DNA of 64,000 bases from a virus (taxonomy: Duplodnaviria; Heunggongvirae; Uroviricota; Caudoviricetes). The stretch lies in the IMG/VR virus record IMGVR_UViG_3300048591_000212. One strand, given 5' to 3'. The translations under genes were made by a program, and so were the position numbers. The notes under the pieces were generated by a model. The model made no database searches. It saw only the letters and a program-made list of their open reading frames with translations, and was not told the DNA's origin. Within the stretch, counting starts at the first letter, position 1. Each line of letters begins with the position of its first letter. Shown piece after piece: positions 9,114 through 18,027 of the stretch.

Positions 9114-11654
9114 ATGGAATTTTACACAAACGTAGTTACATGGGGTGATAATGTTTTATTGAGAGGAGTGGATGCCAGGGGCACTCGCTTCAATAAGAAG
9201 ATCGAAAACTTTCGTCCTTATGTCTGGATTCCCACATCAGAAACTAACCGAGACCCCGAAGATTATCGAACTATATCAGGAGATCCGGTTCGGAAACTAT
9301 GTCCCGGTTCGATTAAAGAAACTCGTAAATTCATTGAACAAAATTCTGAGATTGACAACTTTGCGGTGTATGGGGACATACAGCCACAGTATCAGTATAT
9401 CCAAAGAAACTACTCTTCTGAAATTCAGTGGGACGCAACCAAGATCAACGTAGTCTATTTTGATATTGAAACGGCCCGCGCTCCAAGTGGCAATTGGGCC
9501 ACCATCGAGGATGCCGATGGCGAAATTCTTTCCATTTCAGTAAAGTCCTCGATTGATGGAGTAATGTATTATTTCGGTCGAAAGGAATCCCAAAGAAAAT
9601 TTGAAGGCACTAATTACATTTATTGTGATACCGAAGAGAAGCTAATTCTGAAGTTTCTGGAATATTGGTCAAAGGATTATCCTGATATTATCACTGGATA
9701 TAATTGTAATACCTATGACACTCCATACTTAATCAATAGAACATTCCTGCTTCTGGGTGAAAAGGTCGCCCGCAAGTTTTCACCTTGGGGAGTCCTGAGA
9801 GAGCGAGAAGTCTTCTTTCACGGAAAGGCCCAGAAGACTTATTCTATGATGGGAATAGCCATCTTGGACTACATGGAACTATATAAGAAATTCACCTATA
9901 AGGTTCATGAAAGTTATACTCTGGACTATATCGCTTTTGTCGAATTGGGTAAAAAGAAGGTTTCCTATGCCCATATCGGCGGTCTGGATGATCTATATGA
10001 AAAGGACTATGACCTGTTCGTCGAGTATAACATCTTTGACACTCAGCTTGTTGTAGAACTGGAAGAAAAGTTGGGTTTAATTCAACAGGCCATTACCATC
10101 GCCTATGATTCGAAAATTAATTATGAAGACGTGTATTCAGAAATTCGAATGTGGGACGTGATCATCTATGATTATCTATTGAAGAAAAATATCGTGATTC
10201 CTCCACGAAAGGACAATATTCCTGTCAAAATTCCGGGCGGATTTGTAAAAGAACCTGTTCCGAATATGTACTTTTGGGTGGCCTCGATGGACCTGACATC
10301 TCTGTATCCACACCTGATCATGCAGTATAATATTTCCCCGGATACAATTGTGTCTTCCAAAAAATTGAAACTGGATCTGGATAAACTGGTCTCCAAAACA
10401 GAAGTCTTTGAAATAGAGCCAGATGAGTGTATTGCCGGAAACGGACAGGTCTTCAGAAAGGACCGGGCCGGATTTCTTTCTGAACTGATGGCGTGGATGT
10501 TCAAGCAGAGAAAGGTCTACAAGAACAAGATGCTTGAGGCCGAAAAGGAACTTGAGCTTCTGAAAGAATCAGGAGCCTCCAAGGAGGAGATTTTCGAAAA
10601 ACAAAAAACTATTTCAAAATTCAATAATCTTCAGATGGCAAAAAAGATTGGTCTGAACTCGGCCTATGGTGCATGTGCTTCTCAGTATTTTAGGTACTTT
10701 AATCCATCAATTGCCTCGGCAATTACTCTTTCGGGTCAACTCTCGATTCGCTGGATTGAACGAAAGATGAATGAATTTCTGAATCGAATCATGGAAACCT
10801 CTGGCGTCGATTACATTATCACCTGCGATACTGACTCAATTTATATGAACATGGCTCCTGTGGTGGAGAAATTCTATAAAGGAAATCCGACTGTAGAAGA
10901 CACAGCAAACTTCGTATCCAAGATAAGCCAAGAGAAGATTTCGGATTATATTCTGAAGTCCTATAAAGAATTGGCATCCTATATGATGTGCAATGAAAAT
11001 AAGATGTTCATGAAACTTGAGGCCATTTGTGACCGGACGATTTTTCAGGCCAAGAAACAGTATGTGCTTCGAGTGGTTGAAAATGAGGGTGTTCACTATG
11101 CCAAGCCGAAGATTAAACTAAAGGGAATTCAGGCAGTCAAGTCATCTACGCCATACTCTTGCCGTGAGAAGTTGAAGGAAGCTCTGGGTGTAATTCTGTC
11201 TGGAACCAATTCGGATGTGTGGGAGTTTATTGAAGCCTTCCGAAAAGAATTCTATTCTATGAGGCCGCATGAGGTTGCCTTTCCTCGCTCGGTAAAGGGT
11301 CTGTCTAAATACCGAGATCCAGTGAAATTGTATGGCAAAGGAACTCCAATTCATGTTCGGGGATCTTTGGTCTATAACAATTATCTGAAAAAGTTTGGCC
11401 TTGAGAAAAAGTATTCTCAGATATACGAAGGCGATAAAATTCGATTCGTGTATCTGTCATTACCAAATAAACTTGGTGAGAATATTATTGCCTTTCCATC
11501 ATCAATGGAATTACCGGAGGAGCTTGGGCTTCATGACTTCATTGACTATAAGAAGCAATTTGAGAAGAGTTTTATGAGTCCATTGAAATTGACCTTGGAT
11601 GCAATTCGGTGGTCACAAAAAGAAATAACAACATTGGAACAATTTTTTGTATAA
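9114..11654 (+). CDS. gp43: family B DNA polymerase gp43
   Basis: FDIET exonuclease motif, SMDLTSLYPH, KKIGLNSAYG, CDTDS, LKGIQAVKSSTP; no intein seen. Confidence 0.98.
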   Translation: MEFYTNVVTWGDNVLLRGVDARGTRFNKKIENFRPYVWIPTSETNRDPEDYRTISGDPVRKLCPGSIKETRKFIEQNSEIDNFAVYGDIQPQYQYIQRNYSSEIQWDATKINVVYFDIETARAPSGNWATIEDADGEILSISVKSSIDGVMYYFGRKESQRKFEGTNYIYCDTEEKLILKFLEYWSKDYPDIITGYNCNTYDTPYLINRTFLLLGEKVARKFSPWGVLREREVFFHGKAQKTYSMMGIAILDYMELYKKFTYKVHESYTLDYIAFVELGKKKVSYAHIGGLDDLYEKDYDLFVEYNIFDTQLVVELEEKLGLIQQAITIAYDSKINYEDVYSEIRMWDVIIYDYLLKKNIVIPPRKDNIPVKIPGGFVKEPVPNMYFWVASMDLTSLYPHLIMQYNISPDTIVSSKKLKLDLDKLVSKTEVFEIEPDECIAGNGQVFRKDRAGFLSELMAWMFKQRKVYKNKMLEAEKELELLKESGASKEEIFEKQKTISKFNNLQMAKKIGLNSAYGACASQYFRYFNPSIASAITLSGQLSIRWIERKMNEFLNRIMETSGVDYIITCDTDSIYMNMAPVVEKFYKGNPTVEDTANFVSKISQEKISDYILKSYKELASYMMCNENKMFMKLEAICDRTIFQAKKQYVLRVVENEGVHYAKPKIKLKGIQAVKSSTPYSCREKLKEALGVILSGTNSDVWEFIEAFRKEFYSMRPHEVAFPRSVKGLSKYRDPVKLYGKGTPIHVRGSLVYNNYLKKFGLEKKYSQIYEGDKIRFVYLSLPNKLGENIIAFPSSMELPEELGLHDFIDYKKQFEKSFMSPLKLTLDAIRWSQKEITTLEQFFV

Positions 11655-11668
11655 GGGGAAAAGAATAA

Positions 11669-12757
11669 ATGAGTTTTCTGAATGATATCATCAAAAGTCT
11701 GGATAATGAGTATGCCTGTATTGCGGATGATGGAATTGCCGCTGGTGATGTGGTCGGATTTATTTCGACTGGATCTCTGCTATTTAATGCTCTATTGGGT
11801 GGGTCATTATTTAATGGATTACCCGACAATAAGATCACTGCCTTCGCTGGCGAAGAAAGTACCGGGAAAACCTTTCTGCTATTGGATGCGGTCAAGAATT
11901 TTCTTATAGAAAATTTAGATGGAGTAGCTATCATCTTTGAGACTGAGGGAGCAATTTCCAAAAAAATGCTGGTAGAGCGAGGAATCGATGCCAAGCGGGT
12001 TTTGATTATTCCCGTACAGACGGTTCAGGAATTTCGAACGAGTATTCATAATGTTCTGGATGTTTATATAGAACAAAAGAAGTCCGAAAAAAAGCCGATG
12101 TTTCTCGGTCTGGACTCAGTTGGAATGTTGTCCACCACAAAGGAAATGGAGGACACCGAGGCCGGAAAGGAAACTCAGGACATGACCCGCGCCCGGTTGT
12201 TAAAGGGAGTTTTTCGAACGATTACTCTGAAGCTGGCGAAAGCTGGAGTTCCGTTGGTTCTTACAAATCACACCTATCTTGAACAAGGAGTTATGTATCC
12301 GAGACAAATTATGGGTGGAGGAAAGGGCGCGGCCTATGCTGCCTCCACAGTAATTTTTCTCTCGAAGTCCAAGGACAAGGACGGCAAGGAAGTCATCGGC
12401 GTCAAACTGCGGGCAAAACTTCAGAAGGGCAGAATCGTTAAGGAAAATACTGAAGTCGAATTGCTTCTTAACTACAAGACTGGTCTGTATAAGTATTTTG
12501 GATTATTGGAATTTGCCCAAGAAGCCGGAATCGTTGAAAGAATTGGTAATAAGTACAAGTTTCCTCATATTGAAGAAAAGGTCTGGGAAAAGGAAATTAA
12601 TCGAAATCCAGAAACCTACTTCACTCGCGAAGTTCTCGAAGAGCTTGATGAATATATTAAAACAAAATTCACCTATGGCTCGGTAAATTCAATATTGACA
12701 AATAACGAAGATGATGATATGCTGGATGACGAAGAGGTAAATGATGCCGAAGAATAA
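11669..12757 (+). CDS. uvsX: RecA-like recombinase UvsX
   Basis: AFAGEESTGKT, FLGLDSVGML, DMTRAR, GGGKGAAYAAS. Confidence 0.95.
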   Translation: MSFLNDIIKSLDNEYACIADDGIAAGDVVGFISTGSLLFNALLGGSLFNGLPDNKITAFAGEESTGKTFLLLDAVKNFLIENLDGVAIIFETEGAISKKMLVERGIDAKRVLIIPVQTVQEFRTSIHNVLDVYIEQKKSEKKPMFLGLDSVGMLSTTKEMEDTEAGKETQDMTRARLLKGVFRTITLKLAKAGVPLVLTNHTYLEQGVMYPRQIMGGGKGAAYAASTVIFLSKSKDKDGKEVIGVKLRAKLQKGRIVKENTEVELLLNYKTGLYKYFGLLEFAQEAGIVERIGNKYKFPHIEEKVWEKEINRNPETYFTREVLEELDEYIKTKFTYGSVNSILTNNEDDDMLDDEEVNDAEE

Positions 12758-13121
12758 AAAAGAATTAATTGAAGTGAATGAGGATGCCTTTATCTTCTTT
12801 CATGATCTCAATGCTTCCATATATATCGCCACAACCACTATTGATGGACATAAGATCGACAACATTATGGTGAGACTGGAAGAGGGTCGATTTAAGGGAA
12901 CCATTCTGAAAATTTCGAATATTCGATTTGATGAATCCAAACCAGAAGAAAAGACGGTTATGCTTCTTTTTGATATGGACGTTCTCGCTGACCCGAATGA
13001 AAACAAGAGAATCAATCGGAAGTACATAAACACGATTGCTAAGAACATCATGACCAAAATTCTGGATAATGCCGTAAGGCAAGCCACGGAGAATAATGAC
13101 GACAGAAACTCTAATTCTTAA
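12741..13121 (+). CDS. hypothetical protein at the syntenic position of T4 gp40
   Basis: Lies between uvsX and gp41; size similar to gp40; assignment is by position only. Confidence 0.45.
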   Translation: MMPKNKKELIEVNEDAFIFFHDLNASIYIATTTIDGHKIDNIMVRLEEGRFKGTILKISNIRFDESKPEEKTVMLLFDMDVLADPNENKRINRKYINTIAKNIMTKILDNAVRQATENNDDRNSNS

Positions 13122-13743
13122 AAACCTGATCCATAATGAGGACTACATGAGAGTGGTCCTCCCCTATCTCAAGGAAGAATACTTCAAGGATTCTCCGGGG
13201 GAATTTCCCAAGACGGTGTTTGGATTTATCGATTCTTTTATCGGCATCTACAACGAGAGGCCAAGTCTGGAAGCCATTCGTATTTCGATGAACGAAATGA
13301 TTGCCGACTCCACGAAGGTTTCTAATATTAATGAATATCTGAATGCTCTTACTCCACCGGAGCCATCCTCCGATGATCGCTGGATTATCGACAAGACAGA
13401 GAAGTATTGTAAGGATCGGGCAATTGAAAATGCTCTGCTGGAATCTATTCATATTATTAATGATCCGAAGGAAAAGAGAGATCGGGGAGCCATTCCGACA
13501 ATTCTAACCGATGCTCTGTCGGTGTCGTTTGATCCTTCGGTTGGGCATGATTACTTTCTGGACGCCGAAAAGCGTTATGACTTCTATAATCGTAAAGAGG
13601 CCAAGATTGCATTTGGAGTGGAATACTTCAATAAGATTACGAATGGGGGTCTGGCCCGAAAAACATTAAATGTAATTTTGGGTGGCTGTGTTCACCCAGA
13701 AACACCAGTAAAAATTAGAATTAAGAAGAAGGTTTCTTCTTAA
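13096..13743 (+). CDS. gp41: replicative helicase gp41, N-terminal piece plus 18-aa N-intein
   Basis: EDYMRVVLPYLKEEYF..SVSFDPSVGHDYF..FNKITNGGLARKTLNVILGG, then CVHPETPVKIRIKKKVSS and stop. Confidence 0.93.
   Translation: MTTETLILKNLIHNEDYMRVVLPYLKEEYFKDSPGEFPKTVFGFIDSFIGIYNERPSLEAIRISMNEMIADSTKVSNINEYLNALTPPEPSSDDRWIIDKTEKYCKDRAIENALLESIHIINDPKEKRDRGAIPTILTDALSVSFDPSVGHDYFLDAEKRYDFYNRKEAKIAFGVEYFNKITNGGLARKTLNVILGGCVHPETPVKIRIKKKVSS
13687..13740 (+). mobile_element. split intein N-half (18 aa) in gp41
   Basis: Block A C-V-H-P-E-T starts inside the Walker A loop and the ORF ends 18 residues later. Confidence 0.85.
13721..13743. repeat. perfect palindrome containing both convergent stop codons
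   Basis: TTAAGAAGAA-ggt-TTCTTCTTAA. Confidence 0.9.
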
Positions 13744-14379
13744 GGCGGGGGTTAATTGGAGATCCATATATGTATCCCTTTTCTTCAAATTCTTTCAATT
13801 TTTCTGGTGGGACTCGAATAAATGATGGGTCTCCGGGACGATACATGCACTTTTTTCCTAAATTTGCCTTGCCGCCGAGAGAGGATCTGGCTTTTCTGCC
13901 CTCTTTAGACGCCCAAAACAAAAATTTTTTGTTGTTTCCAGATTGGAATGATGCTTTGCCACCTAATCTAGCATACTCTTTATGTGCAATGGGATCATGT
14001 ATTCCTATTTGTCGTGATTTTTGTGTCTTAACGCCTTTTCGTGTCCACTCCCTTCTTTCTTCCTTGGTGGCACCCCATATTCCAATATTATTGTTTTTAC
14101 AAAATATTCCTATTTCTCTTCGGTGGCTGGACGACAGCCTAGCTCCCAACATCTTCATTGACCTCAAATCATTTGGGATTTTGAATATTTTCCACAGCAA
14201 AAGTGTGCCAATATATGCTCTCTTATTGAAAGATATGTTAAATTGGTTTCGATATCGGTTCCGCCACTATGTCTGGGAGTTATATGATGTTTATGAATAT
14301 TGGAACCATACCCATAATTAATGATATTACTTTTTCTGGACTCACACAAATTGATATAAATTTTTTCGTAAAATTTCAT
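13721..14379 (-). pseudogene. free-standing HNH homing endonuclease, antisense, one frameshift
   Basis: HKHHITPRHSGGTD..NLTYLSIREHILAHF continues as LLWKIF..NDLRSM in another frame; a T4 run (plus strand AAAA 14199-14202) is one T short. Confidence 0.8.
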
Positions 14380-14384
14380 GTTGA

Positions 14385-14392
14385 TATTTATA
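14385..14392 (-). promoter_or_regulatory. late promoter TATAAATA for the HNH gene
   Basis: Minus-strand TATAAATA 5 nt before ATG 14379, inside a 7-bp inverted repeat (14381-14401). Confidence 0.65.
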
Positions 14393-14416
14393 ACATATCA
14401 AAAAGGTTGGTGTTTA

Positions 14417-14797
14417 ATGTATAATGAATGGCAAGAACTGACTGTCCCAATATCAGAAATAGAAAATTTTTTGTTGGACGATTATGAAATTGAAGTTGAT
14501 TCCCCTGATGGATATGTTCCCGTAACAGCCTTTGTTGATAAGGGATATTGGGAAGAGTATGTTCTAAAAACGGAAACTGGTTTGGTGATTAGGTGCAACG
14601 GAAATCACCTTTTCCAAACGACAGCCGGATGGACTATGGCTAAAGATATGATCCACCAAACACACAAAGTTCTTAATAATGTGGGTGAGTGGATTTCATG
14701 TGCCGTATACGAAACAGGGGATTATATTCCAATTGTTGATATACAAGTTGGACACCCCAACCATAGGTACTACACCAATAAAATTTCTTCACATAAT
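14417..14797 (+). mobile_element. split intein C-half in gp41
   Basis: Block B CNGNHLF; blocks F/G IVDIQV..HRYYTNKISSHN; +1 residue Thr; no endonuclease domain. Confidence 0.88.
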
Positions 14798-15592
14798 ACG
14801 AACGTAGGAAAAACTTTGGCGATGTGTAGCTTTACGACCGACTTTCTGACAGCCGGAAAGAATGTTCTTTACATCACTCTCGAAATGTCAGAAGAAAGAA
14901 TTTCTGAAAGAATTGATGCTAATTTGTTGGATATTAGTCTGGAAACTTTGAGACAGGTTTCTAAGGCCCAATATACCAAGATGATCAATAATGCCAAGAA
15001 AAATATCTCTGGTCGGTTATTTGTGAAGGAATATCCAACAGCCTCGGCAAGCGTACTGCATTTTCGAAAACTTCTTACCGAATTACAGTTGAAGAAGAAG
15101 TTTATTCCTGATGTTATTGTGGTAGATTATCTGAGTATTTGTGCCTCGTCTCGAATCAAGGGAGCGGGAGTTTCCAATACCTATGTTTTAGTGAAATCCA
15201 TTGCCGAAGAATTAAGAGGTCTGGCGGTTGAAAATGATGTGGCTTTATTGACCGGGGCACAGGTGACTCGTTCCGGCTTCAATGATTCAGATTTTGACAT
15301 GACTCATGTCGCGGAATCATGGGGCATTGCTACTTCGGCTGACTTAATGTTTGCCTTGGTATCAACAGAGGAGTTGGAGAAATCTTCACAATATTTGGTG
15401 AAGCAACTGAAGAATAGATATTCGGATAAGGTTCTGAATAAGAAGCATATCGTTGGAGTGAATAAATCAAAAATGAGAATCTTTGATGTGAAGAATGATT
15501 CTTCCAATTTGGAATATTCTGAGCCGACGATTTTATTGGAAGGCGCTGGTGGAAGAGCGCAGAAATTCGAGGACTGGTTTAATGATGACTAA
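14417..15592 (+). CDS. gp41: 127-aa C-intein plus C-terminal piece of helicase gp41
   Basis: After SSHN comes TNVGKTLAMC, then YITLEMSEERI, KEYPT, IVVDYL, AEELRGLA, QVTRSG, ESWG, KQLKNRY. Confidence 0.93.
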   Translation: MYNEWQELTVPISEIENFLLDDYEIEVDSPDGYVPVTAFVDKGYWEEYVLKTETGLVIRCNGNHLFQTTAGWTMAKDMIHQTHKVLNNVGEWISCAVYETGDYIPIVDIQVGHPNHRYYTNKISSHNTNVGKTLAMCSFTTDFLTAGKNVLYITLEMSEERISERIDANLLDISLETLRQVSKAQYTKMINNAKKNISGRLFVKEYPTASASVLHFRKLLTELQLKKKFIPDVIVVDYLSICASSRIKGAGVSNTYVLVKSIAEELRGLAVENDVALLTGAQVTRSGFNDSDFDMTHVAESWGIATSADLMFALVSTEELEKSSQYLVKQLKNRYSDKVLNKKHIVGVNKSKMRIFDVKNDSSNLEYSEPTILLEGAGGRAQKFEDWFNDD

Positions 15593-16169
15593 ATTTTGCT
15601 TTGTTGATATGGATGGAGTGCTGGCTGATTTTGTTGGTGGGATCTTGCGTGCCTATGATAAACCGAATCCATATACTCCAGATGAAATGGGCCTGTGGAA
15701 TCTGGGCGACTATTGGGGTATGACCAATGATGAGATGATGTCTGTGACCCATCAGCCGGGATTTTGGGAAAACTTGGAGATCATTCCGGGTTCTCAAAAA
15801 ATGATGGAAGAACTATATTCCATTTTCGGAGTTGATAACGTCTGTATTCTTTCTTCTCCAGCTATGAATAGTTCCAACTGTATTCCAGAGAAGGTTAACT
15901 GGTTGGAAAAATATTTTTCTGAATTAACCAAACGGAAGAATCACTTCTTCGGTTCCAGAAAGGGCTTCATGGGCGGGGTCGGAAACTGGCTGATCGATGA
16001 TGCCGACTTTAATGTTGCCGACTTTCGGAAGTCTGGAGGAAGCGCGGTACTGTTTCCTCAGCCGTGGAACAGCGATTTCAAACTATATTACGAAATATTG
16101 GAATATTATACGTTGTGGGATTATGTTTCTGAAACGTTGACCTTCAAGATTCCTTACGCAGAACCATAA
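15582..16169 (+). CDS. HAD-family 5'(3')-deoxyribonucleotidase
   Basis: FVDMDGVLADF, ILSSP, EKVNWL, LIDD, PQPWN. Confidence 0.85.
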   Translation: MMTKFCFVDMDGVLADFVGGILRAYDKPNPYTPDEMGLWNLGDYWGMTNDEMMSVTHQPGFWENLEIIPGSQKMMEELYSIFGVDNVCILSSPAMNSSNCIPEKVNWLEKYFSELTKRKNHFFGSRKGFMGGVGNWLIDDADFNVADFRKSGGSAVLFPQPWNSDFKLYYEILEYYTLWDYVSETLTFKIPYAEP

Positions 16170-16188
16170 AAATTTCTTCGGTTGCCTC

Positions 16189-16217
16189 TTGACATCCCAT
16201 CCTCCATCTGATAACAT
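16189..16217 (+). promoter_or_regulatory. sigma70 early promoter
   Basis: TTGACA-17-TG-a-TAACAT; ATG at +7. Confidence 0.7.
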
Positions 16218-16223
16218 AGAGGT

Positions 16224-16484
16224 ATGGAAACGAACTTGTTAGTAGTCAAGGCAACCAACAGCGTCGGCAACGTAGTGGAGGCATATTCTTATGTTGTTTC
16301 AATTCAAACTCTTCAGGAAGTTGAGTCTTTTGTTGAACTTCAGGAGAAGTGGCTCGAAAAGAACTCCACTCAGGAGGGGCTTCCTGAAGTGCGGGCAGTG
16401 AACTTTTCGTGGAGTGGCAGCAACGGAGAATTTTTCAAAAAGACTTGGGTGCCGTTTATCGTCAAGTTTATGCAAACTTTTTGA
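16224..16484 (+). CDS. hypothetical early protein
   Basis: 86 aa directly after a promoter. Confidence 0.65.
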   Translation: METNLLVVKATNSVGNVVEAYSYVVSIQTLQEVESFVELQEKWLEKNSTQEGLPEVRAVNFSWSGSNGEFFKKTWVPFIVKFMQTF

Positions 16485-16494
16485 TTGTAAGAAC

Positions 16495-16523
16495 TTGATA
16501 TCTTCAGTGGAAAGTGATATACT
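16495..16523 (+). promoter_or_regulatory. sigma70 early promoter
   Basis: TTGATA-17-TG-a-TATACT; ATG at +7. Confidence 0.7.
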
Positions 16524-16529
16524 ATAAAC

Positions 16530-16946
16530 ATGAGACAAGCAACCAACATCTCCGAAGATCAGTTCAAAGACGTTCTTGGTGGATACAACGATCCTCTACC
16601 TAACATGGTCGAATTGACTGAAAAGGAATTTGCGCGGGCGTCCGCTCTGACCTACCCCGAACAACTGTCTGGTTATCGTCAGATAGTCAATCCGAAGTTC
16701 AATAATGGTAAGGTTCTATCTCTCACCTTCTTCGTGACAAATCGGCAGGATATGTCCGGTTGGGCAATCAGCACGGACTATTGGGCCGGTAAGGTCCGTT
16801 TCTTCAAGTTTGCTGCCTGTCGGCACGAGTTTCGGGAGTCTGGACCCGAAGATTGGGCGAACGGCGTCCCGAAGTCCCGCATGTGTCTGAGTGTTTCGGT
16901 CTGTAAGAAGTGCGGTTACGTTCGGGAGATTGATTCTTCTGACTAG
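16530..16946 (+). CDS. hypothetical early protein with C-terminal Zn-ribbon-like motif
   Basis: C.H.F ... CKKCG pattern. Confidence 0.7.
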   Translation: MRQATNISEDQFKDVLGGYNDPLPNMVELTEKEFARASALTYPEQLSGYRQIVNPKFNNGKVLSLTFFVTNRQDMSGWAISTDYWAGKVRFFKFAACRHEFRESGPEDWANGVPKSRMCLSVSVCKKCGYVREIDSSD

Positions 16947-16951
16947 AACGC

Positions 16952-16980
16952 TTGACATTCCTGTTTGTGCCTGATATAAT
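16952..16980 (+). promoter_or_regulatory. consensus sigma70 early promoter
   Basis: TTGACA-17-TG-a-TATAAT; GTG at +7. Confidence 0.85.
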
Positions 16981-16986
16981 AGAAGA

Positions 16987-17280
16987 GTGAAAGAGAACAG
17001 CATGAACAACAACAACAAGTTCGAAGTCGAGGTTGGCGGCGTCTATGTCTTTGAGGATTTCGCTCCGAGGCCGGGGGTTGGAACGTGTGCTATGATCGGA
17101 GAAGTGACCGAGCCTGATATTTATGCGAAGACCAACGGACTCATCCGTTACAAGGTTTTAGTTGAAGTATGGCAAGGAAAAGTGCTTGGTGATTCCGAGC
17201 TTCGTTACGAAGCGGGCGATATTTTATATACTCGTCCTGCGCTTGAGAACGACTGGCCCACTCGAATCCGAAAGGTGTAA
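16987..17280 (+). CDS. hypothetical early protein
   Basis: 97 aa after a promoter. Confidence 0.65.
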   Translation: MKENSMNNNNKFEVEVGGVYVFEDFAPRPGVGTCAMIGEVTEPDIYAKTNGLIRYKVLVEVWQGKVLGDSELRYEAGDILYTRPALENDWPTRIRKV

Positions 17281-17283
17281 ACC

Positions 17284-17460
17284 ATGTTAGAATATTATTT
17301 TGTAGTCTTTTTATAGTATTTTGTAGTCTTTGTGATTATCTTAGCAGTCTCGTTTCTTCAGGCAATTCTTTTGGTGGTTCTCGCTGTCCTTATCGAAGAA
17401 TCATGTAATAGAGCGGATAGACGCAGGAGTGCGTTCTTGCACTCCAGAGAGGATGATTGA
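17284..17460 (+). pseudogene. small membrane-protein gene interrupted by TAG
   Basis: A 21-nt-period duplication (tattttgtagtcttt twice) places an in-frame TAG at 17314. Confidence 0.45.
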
Positions 17461-17461
17461 T

Positions 17462-17650
17462 ATGAAAATCTACGTTGTGTACACCAGTGAACAATACGAA
17501 GGTTGCGACATTCCCGAAGCTGCATTTAGATCCGAAACGGAGGCGAAGGAATATATTGCAGAACAGGTTGAGGAAAAAATTCGTTCGGGGCGCTGCCCAG
17601 AATATGATTATGTGGAATTGAATCTTCCGGGGAGGAAAAAGAGATCATGA
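17462..17650 (+). CDS. small phage protein (MKxYxV...AF family)
   Basis: MKIYVVYTSEQYEG..EAAFRSETEAKEY. Confidence 0.65.
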   Translation: MKIYVVYTSEQYEGCDIPEAAFRSETEAKEYIAEQVEEKIRSGRCPEYDYVELNLPGRKKRS

Positions 17651-17817
17651 TTGTTTATATTGTATTTCGAGTAACTACCAAAAATACAGTCGCCGCTCCC
17701 GCCCCGGTTGCTGTCTTCTCTAATGAGAGAGCGGTGCGCGACTTTATCGAAAAAAGACCGGGAAAATATTTGAATTATCAGTGGTACACTTACGGAGTTC
17801 TCGACACGGCTGATTAG
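17647..17817 (+). CDS. small phage protein, paralog of its neighbours
   Basis: MIVYIVF..VAVFSNERAVRDF; 56 aa, below the ORF-track cutoff. Confidence 0.55.
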   Translation: MIVYIVFRVTTKNTVAAPAPVAVFSNERAVRDFIEKRPGKYLNYQWYTYGVLDTAD

Positions 17818-17828
17818 GAGAAGAAGAG

Positions 17829-18020
17829 ATGAAGGTCTATATTGTTATTGAGTTTCACAACTACCAAGGTTATGATGAACCTTTTGGGGTCTTTTTTGAT
17901 AAAGAAAAGGCAGAACGGTGTGCAAAGGAAATGGACGATGGCGCACGGGAAGCTAGAGTACATTCATTATCGGTCTGCCTATTGACAGCCGGATCGGGAT
18001 GTGCTATACTGGAAGAGTAG
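17829..18020 (+). CDS. small phage protein, paralog of its neighbours
   Basis: MKVYIVIEFHNYQGY..FGVFFDKEKAE. Confidence 0.6.
   Translation: MKVYIVIEFHNYQGYDEPFGVFFDKEKAERCAKEMDDGAREARVHSLSVCLLTAGSGCAILEE
17982..18010 (+). promoter_or_regulatory. sigma70 promoter for pseT
   Basis: TTGACA-17-TG-c-TATACT. Confidence 0.7.
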
Positions 18021-18027
18021 GAAAATT

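Noticed and set aside
9114-11654. Intein or intron in the DNA polymerase
   Set aside because: The length (846 aa) and motif spacing are normal, with no insertion.
13770-14321. 183-aa plus-strand ORF between the gp41 halves
   Set aside because: It is the antisense shadow of the HNH gene, which has the recognisable motifs and a promoter.
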